Assembly: GCA_965240465.1 (NCBI GenBank)
Contig: OZ251219.1
Coordinates: 151,046 to 215,045, forward strand
Source: a bacterium
Lineage (GTDB): Bacteria; SAR324; JACQKK01
Length of the DNA: 64,000 bases
Direction of reading: 5' to 3'
Shown here one piece after another: positions 37,381 to 44,773 of the stretch. Under the pieces are notes generated by a model. The model did not search any database. It saw nothing but the letters and a program-made list of their open reading frames with translations, and was not told where the DNA came from. A program made the translations under genes and the position numbers. Numbering within the stretch: the first letter of the stretch is position 1; each line of letters begins with the position of its first letter.

Positions 37381-38220
37381 TCAGCGCTTGCTTCTTGACG
37401 ATTTGCCATAGCGTTGATCCAGAAATTGTAGCCGACGAGTAGCATCATCGGTCCAAGCACCGCCTGAGGCAACCAACTCAGCGTAGAAACGGCGTGCCCG
37501 CAGAGGTTCTCCCACATCCTCCAAACAACTGGCCAGCAACCAGCGAACATCTGCCACTCTACGATATTGGGGCTGATTATCCAGCAGGGCGAACAGAGGC
37601 TCCATCGCCCCTTCACACTGGTGCAGTAAGAACAAAGCTTGACCCTGATAATGAAGCACCTGAGATAAACGCACGTCTTTGGGGTAACGCCTACGAAAAT
37701 CTGCTAAATCACGCACCCCTACATCCAGTTGCCCGTTGATAATCTGAGACAACCCACGGCGAAATAATTTATCTGCTACCGTCACATCAGGAACACCGGC
37801 CAACGGACTTCTCAACAGCTGCTCCATCACTGTGATCTGCAACCGCAATTTATCAACCTCATCACGCCAAACCACTTGGGATTTAGCATGTTCTTGTAAC
37901 TCATTCTTAAATTCTTGTTCCAACCTTAAAGCCTCTATCTCCATACGCTCCAAGGTTTCACGCAAAGCTTTATTTTCTGCGGTCACCTCCCTTAAAAGAT
38001 TTTCCAACAGCTGTAAGCGATTTTCTATAGCATTAAGCTTACGATTAGACTGGGCTTGAACAGGAACTGCTAATGATATCAGCCCCATTGATAACACCAA
38101 CATCCCCAGCAAGAACATTCTAAAGCAACCTTCAAAAGGCTTAACTTGCCGATACGGAGGCAAGTACCTCTGTAGAAAGGGAACGATATTTCTAATCAAT
38201 CTGCTATTACAATAGGACAT
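37381..38220 (-). CDS. cpoB: Tol-Pal system protein YbgF/CpoB
   Basis: 279 aa. Signal/anchor segment, then a long coiled coil (LNAIENRLQLLENLLREVTAENKALRETLERMEIEALRLEQE), then a TPR-like C-terminus (F..F...YP.....S.VLHYQGQALF). Located immediately after tolB. Confidence 0.7.
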   Translation of the reverse strand: MSYCNSRLIRNIVPFLQRYLPPYRQVKPFEGCFRMFLLGMLVLSMGLISLAVPVQAQSNRKLNAIENRLQLLENLLREVTAENKALRETLERMEIEALRLEQEFKNELQEHAKSQVVWRDEVDKLRLQITVMEQLLRSPLAGVPDVTVADKLFRRGLSQIINGQLDVGVRDLADFRRRYPKDVRLSQVLHYQGQALFLLHQCEGAMEPLFALLDNQPQYRRVADVRWLLASCLEDVGEPLRARRFYAELVASGGAWTDDATRRLQFLDQRYGKSSRSKR

Positions 38221-38265
38221 ACGAACTCACAAAATTAAAGAATATCAACCGAAACAAGTCCTATC

Positions 38266-39693
38266 TCAAAACAAGCTGCCTGCTTCCCAAGAAGGACTAT
38301 TCTCTTCTATTCCTTTTCCAGTATTGGTAACGCGACGCAAACCACTACCATCAATAGATGCCACGTACAGCTTAAAATCTCCGCTACGTCTGGAAGAAAA
38401 TACAATCTGACGGCCATCAGGAGACCATTCTGATTGTTCACAGTTGTACCTACCTTGAGTGATAGCACGAATATTTTGACCAAGTTTGTCCATGACATAA
38501 ATCTGATCTACCCCCCGCACACGACGAGTGAACATGATATCTTCTCCATCAGGACTCCATCTGGGATCTGCACTGTAAGAATTATTGAAGGTCAAACGCA
38601 AATTGCGTCTGCTTTGTAGATCTAGCAGATATATTTGGGGCGCACCAGAACGAAAAGACACGTACACTAGCTGATGGTTTGCAGGATGCCAATCAGGCTG
38701 AAATTCAATACCTATCCTAGTAGTGATGTGTTGAGGTTTGGGTTTTCTTTTATTGAGGTTAAAAAAGAACAAATCAGTACCTGCTCCAACGCTAATGACT
38801 ACTGCTAAACGACCATCTGATGAAAAAGAACCGCCATTGTTCAAGCTGCCAAAATCGGTTAAATAGCCACTTCGCCTGCCTTTTTTGCCTAGCTTTTGGT
38901 AATAGATGCGGCTACCACGGAGAGAAATTTCGGTATAGACCAAGCTTTGAGCATCAGACGATAAGCGCGGTAGAATGGCTATATTGTCATTGCGAGATAT
39001 AATTTTGGGCTCTGCTTGATGAGTATCTGTCGCTGCAATCACCAAATTTTCTCCTCTTTCTTTCATGGCAAAAACAATGCTAGAACCCAGGATCCCTGTT
39101 TTACCGGTCACATTTCTAGCCATCTGATTTACCAGAACTATAATATTCTTTTCTTTGAGAGCTTTTCTCAGGGACAAATTACTTTCAAACAAAAGTTGCC
39201 CACCGGGTCCCAAATCAAGCACTTTCAACTGAAACTGACCATCTTTTACTTCAACCTTTATACTTAAGTCTGCCCGCGAAGAATCCTTTACTCCGCAATA
39301 CTTTTCGCTTCCCATTATAATGCTGAATAAGCCACTCCAACACAAATTTCTCTCCAGCAGTTTTTCCAGCTGTCTAGCTGAAGAAACATCCTGTTTATCA
39401 TTAAATACTACCTCAAGAAGCACTACCAAACGTGCAAAATCCAAACCCTTTATCACAATGTCTCCAGCTGGATCTTGACTACTAGAAGGAAAACCATAAG
39501 ACCGCGGTTCCTTAGAATTAGCTTTTGCTCCAGACTCAGCCTTCAATGAGCCTGATATAATCACCAGTAGCAATACTGTCAACCATGTCCGGGATATCAG
39601 ATCAAAAATAATCTTCCCCCCAGGACTGCGACAAACAAAGGCCTTTTTTCTCAGTAAGAACCTAATCGCTATGGGAAAAAAATTACACTGCAT
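38266..39693 (-). CDS. tolB: Tol-Pal system beta-propeller protein TolB
   Basis: 475 aa. Repeated propeller blades with P.WSPDG motifs (DPRWSPDGEDIMF, SEWSPDGRQIVFSS) and QIYLLDL/QIYVMD strands. Position after tolA. Confidence 0.85.
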   Translation of the reverse strand: MQCNFFPIAIRFLLRKKAFVCRSPGGKIIFDLISRTWLTVLLLVIISGSLKAESGAKANSKEPRSYGFPSSSQDPAGDIVIKGLDFARLVVLLEVVFNDKQDVSSARQLEKLLERNLCWSGLFSIIMGSEKYCGVKDSSRADLSIKVEVKDGQFQLKVLDLGPGGQLLFESNLSLRKALKEKNIIVLVNQMARNVTGKTGILGSSIVFAMKERGENLVIAATDTHQAEPKIISRNDNIAILPRLSSDAQSLVYTEISLRGSRIYYQKLGKKGRRSGYLTDFGSLNNGGSFSSDGRLAVVISVGAGTDLFFFNLNKRKPKPQHITTRIGIEFQPDWHPANHQLVYVSFRSGAPQIYLLDLQSRRNLRLTFNNSYSADPRWSPDGEDIMFTRRVRGVDQIYVMDKLGQNIRAITQGRYNCEQSEWSPDGRQIVFSSRRSGDFKLYVASIDGSGLRRVTNTGKGIEENSPSWEAGSLF

Positions 39694-39778
39694 AAGTTAC
39701 TCCATAAATCTTTAATCTCTCAAAAAATAGCCAAAAAATATTGCCTCCATAAAAAATTAAGGCTGAATATTTATAATA

Positions 39779-40432
39779 TTAAGGGCTACAAGTCCAAAGC
39801 ATCACTACATAATTTGAAGAAAACAATCTTGGCAACGGGGGGAAAATAGTGTTGTTAATACGTGCTAAACAAACCAGCTTATCAAAGTTTTCATTGTCGC
39901 TGGGCTGTATAAGAGAAATTTCCTGCTTCTGACCATCTTTTCCGACTCGCACCTTCACTACCGCTCGCAAATGAGGAGAAAACTCAGCTGGAAAATCATA
40001 ATTCTCTTGCACCCGATCGCTAACTTCCTCCACATACGACCGCCAAGCTAGCAAGGCTGCCCGATCACGGAAGCGCACATTACCCTCAATCCTGAAATCA
40101 GTTCCTGAAGATAACACCGGTGCGTTCTTTTTTTTCACCTTAACTACTTCAGGTGATAAAACACTGGGTAGCGGTGGAGTACCAGCATCAGCTGGATACA
40201 AAGCCTCTTTTGGTTTATTAGGCCCGGTAGATGATAATCTTTTGCCACGTTTGGCAGGCAACGACACCAATTTAACCGTATAAGCATTTGGCAACTCAAT
40301 CTGCGGCGACCGAGGCGAAAAAACCAACACCAGCAAAAACAAACCATGCAAAAACACAGAAGCAACTCCTGCCAGCACGATGATACGTTTGTTCATGCCA
40401 GATTCCATCAATCCCCCTTTCATCAGCATCAA
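39779..40432 (-). CDS. tolA: TolA/TonB-type energy-transducing protein (short TolA)
   Basis: 217 aa. N-terminal TM anchor (IIVLAGVASVFLHGLFLLVLVF), Pro/Lys-rich linker, and a TonB_C/TolA-III-like C-terminal domain. Gene context is between tolR and tolB. The likely ATG overlaps the tolR TGA (TGATG). Confidence 0.6.
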   Translation of the reverse strand: MMLMKGGLMESGMNKRIIVLAGVASVFLHGLFLLVLVFSPRSPQIELPNAYTVKLVSLPAKRGKRLSSTGPNKPKEALYPADAGTPPLPSVLSPEVVKVKKKNAPVLSSGTDFRIEGNVRFRDRAALLAWRSYVEEVSDRVQENYDFPAEFSPHLRAVVKVRVGKDGQKQEISLIQPSDNENFDKLVCLARINNTIFPPLPRLFSSNYVVMLWTCSP

Positions 40433-40866
40433 GGTTGCTCAATCACTAACCCCATCTGCTCAACCCGCAAGCGACGTAACTCAGCCATAACCTGAGTCAC
40501 AGATCCATAAGACAACCTTTCGTCGGCACGCAACAATGCTATACCAGTCGGATTCCGCAATTTCCAACGACGAACCCGGGAACGGAATTTCTCTCTCGCA
40601 CGCCCATTTTCTAATTTTCCTAAGGTCTCTGAACCCACTGCCACTACCCCAGCCCTATTCACACTCACTACTAATCTTGCCGACTTGGTATTCTCCGCTG
40701 GGATATTTGCTTTTGGCAACTGTACCTGCAGTGAATACGCTGCCAACGGTGCTGTAATCATGAAAATCACCAACAGCACCAACAACACATCCACCAATGG
40801 AACAATATTTATTTCCGATATTTCATCATCCATAGCATCATTTTTCTGTACCTCGTCAAATAACAT
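40429..40866 (-). CDS. tolR: ExbD/TolR-family protein
   Basis: 145 aa: EINIVPLVDVLLVLLVIFMITAP (ExbD/TolR TM signature with a conserved D), followed by the periplasmic domain. Confidence 0.85.
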   Translation of the reverse strand: MLFDEVQKNDAMDDEISEINIVPLVDVLLVLLVIFMITAPLAAYSLQVQLPKANIPAENTKSARLVVSVNRAGVVAVGSETLGKLENGRAREKFRSRVRRWKLRNPTGIALLRADERLSYGSVTQVMAELRRLRVEQMGLVIEQP

Positions 40867-40869
40867 TAG

Positions 40870-41547
40870 CTACACCCCTCTTTCCAATTGATTGAGTACC
40901 TGCAACATAAAATAACGCCCCTCTTCCAGATGCCCCCGCAGTATCCCCTGAAATATATTGTACGCTACCAAAGCTGGCACTGCCACAAACAACCCCGCAG
41001 CCGTAGCCACTAATGCCTCAGAAATCCCCGGTGCCACCACCGACAAACTTACCAAACCCGAAAGCCCAATAGAAGTAAATGCTCGTATTACCCCTAACAC
41101 CGTCCCCAATAAACCCACATAAGGCGATGTACTAGCACTCAAAGACAGAAATATCATTCCACGCCGTAACCGCCGTAGCTGCATTCCAGCAGCCCCTTCC
41201 ATCGCCCGTACCACACATTCCCTTATCCGTTCAGGCTCATCTTTCAAGCGATGGTACGCCTTGCCGAATTCCTGCCAGCCAGCTACATACATCCCCGCTA
41301 GTAACGACCCAGACTTGAGGGCTTCGTTCATCAGTTGCTGACGATAATCATTCGCCTCCTCAGGAGTCATATGACTTAGCATTTGAAATCGTTTTGCAAA
41401 TTTTTTGTTTTGAATCCTGATCCAGGAAAAAACCACCACCTTAGCAAAAACCAACGCCCAGCTACAAACACTGACAACCCCCAACAATAACAATATTAAC
41501 AGCCCAGCCGTGTTCTCAGACAAGCCATCTGTCAGAATTCTCCACAT
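40870..41547 (-). CDS. tolQ: MotA/TolQ/ExbB proton-channel protein
   Basis: 225 aa with three TM segments. The C-terminal motif TSPYVGLLGTVLGVIRAF...VAPGISEALVATAAGLFVAVPA is typical of TolQ/ExbB. Confidence 0.9.
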   Translation of the reverse strand: MWRILTDGLSENTAGLLILLLLGVVSVCSWALVFAKVVVFSWIRIQNKKFAKRFQMLSHMTPEEANDYRQQLMNEALKSGSLLAGMYVAGWQEFGKAYHRLKDEPERIRECVVRAMEGAAGMQLRRLRRGMIFLSLSASTSPYVGLLGTVLGVIRAFTSIGLSGLVSLSVVAPGISEALVATAAGLFVAVPALVAYNIFQGILRGHLEEGRYFMLQVLNQLERGV

Positions 41548-41589
41548 CAGTAACCACCTCCTTCCCCCTTTTCATTATTCCCCCTGTGG

Positions 41590-42057
41590 TTACTCTTCGG
41601 TAAATTCCACTCGCCGATTTTTCCGAAAAGCACTCTCACTGGAGCCAGTACTTATCGGACGCTCTTCTCCAAAGCTAACGGTACGAACCCTTTTCGCTGC
41701 CACCCCTGCCGCTAACAAAGCCCGCTTTACCGCATTAGCACGACGATGACCTAAGGCTAAATTATAAGCATTAGTACCGCGCTCATCTGCATGCCCTTCT
41801 AGAACCAATTTGACAGAAGCATTAGCACCCAATCTCTTTACTGCAAAATTAACAACATCATTCGTACCAGGTCGTAACCTTGCACTATCAAAACCGAACA
41901 ATACCACCCGATATTCATCTTGAAGTTCATATCTACCCTTCCCTTCTTTAGTAGATTTCCCAGGTTCAGCGGCACCTTTTACGCTACAACCTCCAAACAG
42001 TAATCCCACTACCATAAATACAAATAGCGACCATCTCACAGATTTATTACCCATCAT
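41590..42057 (-). CDS. pal: peptidoglycan-associated lipoprotein (OmpA-C domain)
   Basis: The track ORF runs to 42129; the likely start is ATG 42057 (MMGNKSVRWSLFVFMVVGLLFGGC, a lipobox-like motif). OmpA-like domain: FGFDSARLRP...LEGHADERGTNAYNLALGHRRANAVKRAL...VSFGEERP. It lies upstream of tolQ, not after tolB. Confidence 0.85.
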   Translation of the reverse strand: MMGNKSVRWSLFVFMVVGLLFGGCSVKGAAEPGKSTKEGKGRYELQDEYRVVLFGFDSARLRPGTNDVVNFAVKRLGANASVKLVLEGHADERGTNAYNLALGHRRANAVKRALLAAGVAAKRVRTVSFGEERPISTGSSESAFRKNRRVEFTEE

Positions 42058-42242
42058 AACCAAAATCGGACCTATACGTGCTCCTGTTTTTGAAAATCGC
42101 TCTGTTATAACACCCATTATTTTCTCCATATCATCGTGCTAAAAATATTTGGTTTGCATTTTACGCCAGCCTCCAGAGGTCATTGTTTCATGTTATTTAA
42201 AGATAAGCAATTAAATATCAAGAAAAATTTACTATTGTTTTC

Positions 42243-42309
42243 AGTACACTGTCCCTTATTTTGTTAGCCTTCTGCTAAATTGTACCTAGTTAGTACCTCG
42301 TCCCTTATT
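42243..42309. repeat. two imperfect 18-nt direct repeats (AGTACACTGTCCCTTATT / AGTACCTCGTCCCTTATT), start-to-start spacing 49 bp
   Basis: Read directly at 42243-42260 and 42292-42309 (15/18 identical, 10-nt perfect core GTCCCTTATT). They sit in the pal/lipoate-ligase divergent intergenic region; the second copy ends 16 nt before the ATG at 42326. Confidence 0.8.
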
Positions 42310-42325
42310 ACATGCAAAAACAGCT

Positions 42326-43177
42326 ATGCAAACAATTCCTTGGAGCGTTTATTTGGATGGATCTCTACCCGGTCCCCTTAACATGGCCAGAGATGAATAC
42401 CTCCTTCAATGTGCTCTCAAACATCAGCGAGCCTTCCTACGTTTGTATAGCTGGGACATAACCACCCTCTCTCTGGGACGTTCTCAAAACCCGACCCGTG
42501 ACATAAACCTTAAAGCTTGTTCGGAAAATAACATCCCCCTTGTCAGACGCATAACCGGCGGACGCACTGTCATACACGGACAAGACCTTACCTACACTAT
42601 CGCGGCTCCAAGAAATATATTTTCACAATCTGACCAAACCGGTCTCATGGATATCTACCGGCATATCAGCCAAATATTCTTTCATTTTTTTAGGTCTGTG
42701 GGCATCAATATCCAAATTCAGCCCTATACCCCTAAGCAACGTGCCAGATTGTCCAGCTCCATCTGCTTTGCCACTCCATCGGCCTTTGAATTATTATACC
42801 AAGGCAAGAAATTACTCGGCAGTGCCCAAAGAATGCTCCCTCACACCTTCCTACAACATGGCTCTCTTCCTCTTTACCCCCAACACGAGCTCATCAAGCT
42901 CCTTTTTCTATCTCCCGAAAGAAAACTGATCCACAATAAAATGACCGACCTTTCTTCCATCAGTTCATCAAATCTTGCCAAAAGTACCTCCCAGCTACAA
43001 AAATTGCTCCTGAAAAGCTTTGAGAAAGTTTTAGGCATCCGTTTTTCGTTATCTCAGTGGCAAACCCATGACCACCAAGCCATCCAACAATTGCTACCCA
43101 ATTATCCCCTTCTAAACTCTACAAACCTCCTGCCAGTCAACTCCGTGGGAACATCGCATACCACGCACTCCCCCTAA
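42326..43177 (+). CDS. lipoate-protein ligase / octanoyltransferase family protein (BPL/LPL catalytic domain)
   Basis: 283 aa: NMARDEYLL, LRLYSWD..TLSLGRSQ, VRRITGGRTVIHG.DLTYTI, KKLLGSAQR (the conserved Lys-containing motif). Family-level call. Confidence 0.75.
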   Translation: MQTIPWSVYLDGSLPGPLNMARDEYLLQCALKHQRAFLRLYSWDITTLSLGRSQNPTRDINLKACSENNIPLVRRITGGRTVIHGQDLTYTIAAPRNIFSQSDQTGLMDIYRHISQIFFHFFRSVGINIQIQPYTPKQRARLSSSICFATPSAFELLYQGKKLLGSAQRMLPHTFLQHGSLPLYPQHELIKLLFLSPERKLIHNKMTDLSSISSSNLAKSTSQLQKLLLKSFEKVLGIRFSLSQWQTHDHQAIQQLLPNYPLLNSTNLLPVNSVGTSHTTHSP

Positions 43178-43201
43178 TACTAAAGATTTAAGTACTCCCT
43201 C

Positions 43202-44383
43202 CTAATATCTTGGCAGTGAGGGGTCTATCTCCTTAGCCCAGCTGTCTATTCCCCCTTCTACACTGACAGCATTGAGGAAACCTTGTTCCTGCATTATACG
43301 CACCGCAGTTTCTGAGCGAATGCCATGATGACAATATACAAAAATCTTTTCCTCCTTAGGCAATAAATCCAAACCATTCGGCAAATCACCAACCGGAGCC
43401 AACCGTGCCCCCTTGATGCGTACCATGTCCCATTCATGAGGCTCTCTCACATCCACCAGAATGACATTTCCCTTGCCCATGGATTGCTGAAGTTCTCTCA
43501 CTGTTGCAGTTGGAACAGGAGTTTCCTCTGTTTTTTTCTCAGCAGTGTCCGCCTGACTGGCATTCACAAATGATTCATAATCCATAAAACCTCTCAGACT
43601 GGGGTTATCTCCGCAAAGCACACACTTCTTGTTTTTTGCCATTTGCAGGGTTCGGATGCTCATATCTAAGGCATCATACAGAATCAACCTATTTTTCATG
43701 ACCTTGCCAATACCCACGATAAACTTTATCGCCTCGGTGGACATCAGCAAACCCACCACGCCTGGGAGCACGCCTAAGACACCTGCTGTGTTTCAATTCG
43801 GTGCCAGGCTAGGCGGCGGCGGGACCGCGTACAAACAACGATAACAAGCCCCTCCCTCACGCGGAATAAACAAACTAACTTGTCCTTCAAATCTAAAAAT
43901 AGATCCTGATATCAATGGCAAACCCGCGAACCACGCCGCATCGTTCACTAAATATCTAGTTTCAAAATTGTCCGAACAATCCAGCACTAAATCCCAATCA
44001 GCAAAGATAGACTCCACATTCTCCACCGTTAAACGCTCCCGATACTCCTTCACCTCTACATAAGGATTCAGAGCCTTGATGCGACGCACCATTGATTCTG
44101 ACTTTGGCCGGCCAACACTGGCGGTGTCATGGGCAATCTGCCGATTGAGGTTGCTTTCTTCTACCAAGTCGTTATCCACCACTCCTATAGTACCCACTCC
44201 TGAAGCTGCCAAATAAATCCCCACTGGCGAGCCTAATCCACCTGCCCCAATGTACAACACCCGTGCCTGCTTCAAACGCAACTGCCCCGCTACTCCCACC
44301 TCCGGCAAAATTAAATGACGATTGTATCGCCGGCTCTCATCAGGCGACAACATTTCATCTGGTGTTCTATCCGACATCCACAC
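43202..44383 (-). CDS. MoeB/ThiF/MoeZ-type adenylyltransferase fused to a C-terminal rhodanese domain; a single in-frame TGA (43793-43795) at the conserved loop Cys (candidate selenocysteine, or a split/pseudogene)
   Basis: Track ORFs 43793..44383 and 43202..43771 are in the same frame, separated only by TGA plus 7 sense codons. Read-through gives RYNRHLILPEVG..., GAGGLGS, CYRCLY..PPPPSLAPN-[TGA]-NTAGVLGVLPGVVGLLMSTEAIK, CVLCG, then rhodanese (VDVREPHEW...YCHHGIRS). Total 393 residues, the normal MoeZ length. Confidence 0.7.
43745..43792 (-). other. candidate SECIS-like stem-loop immediately 3' of the in-frame UGA
   Basis: mRNA: UGAAACACAGCAGGUGUCUUAGGCGUGCUCCCAGGCGUGGUGGGUUUGCUG. CCCA (nt 30-33 after the U of UGA) pairs with UGGG (41-44) around a 7-nt loop GGCGUGG. 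CAGCA (8-12) pairs with UGCUG (47-51) as an outer helix. Both pairings were verified on the plus strand. No energy calculation was done. Confidence 0.3.
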
Positions 44384-44593
44384 TCTCCAAAGACCTAATT
44401 CATCCCATCTATCCCTGCAAAAACCCCCCCTCCACAGTACTCATTCCCTTGTTTTAATACAAGCACTAAAATTATTTCCACCCCCAGGTAAAGTCATTGA
44501 TTTTCTATATCTTTAGGTGAATAATTCACTATATGCATGTATGCATGTGCTGTCAATACCGTCCATTCAGCAATAAATTCCCAGAAATTAACC

Positions 44594-44622
44594 TTGACGA
44601 AGACACTAATAAGCGTTATGCT
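44594..44622 (+). promoter_or_regulatory. putative sigma70-type promoter of the hrcA operon (-35 TTGACG, 17-nt spacer, -10 TATGCT)
   Basis: TTGACG at 44594-44599 and TATGCT at 44617-44622 with an exact 17-nt spacer. It sits immediately upstream of the CIRCE element, the usual arrangement. Confidence 0.4.
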
Positions 44623-44625
44623 ACT

Positions 44626-44652
44626 CTAGCAGTCTCAATGAGATAGTGCTAA
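44626..44652 (+). promoter_or_regulatory. CIRCE operator (HrcA binding site)
   Basis: CTAGCAGTC-N9-TAGTGCTAA versus the consensus TTAGCACTC-N9-GAGTGCTAA (7/9 and 8/9 matches, exact 9-nt spacer). About 120 nt upstream of hrcA. Confidence 0.6.
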
Positions 44653-44672
44653 CAACCACGGATGTCAGAAAC

Positions 44673-44714
44673 CATGAATACTGGGGCATGAATACTGGAG
44701 CATGAATACTGGAG
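44673..44714 (+). repeat. three tandem 14-bp units CATGAATACTGG(G/A)G in the hrcA leader
   Basis: Read directly: 44673-44686, 44687-44700 and 44701-44714. Units 2 and 3 are identical and unit 1 differs at one base. A fourth partial GAATACT lies at 44723-44729. Confidence 0.9.
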
Positions 44715-44773
44715 ATAGCAGAGAATACTAGCCGTAGCAACACCGATTGAGCAAGTTATGTAGGTTACAAGAT

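Noticed and set aside
43793-43795. An alternative genetic code (UGA = Trp or Gly) as the explanation for the in-frame TGA in the MoeB/ThiF gene.
   Set aside because: TGA terminates at least three well-delimited genes in this window: grpE at 46587-46589, the ABC half-transporter at 31760-31762 (overlapping the next ATG), and tolR at 40429-40431. No other conserved gene here needs TGA read-through. The aligned residue in homologues is Cys, not Trp or Gly.
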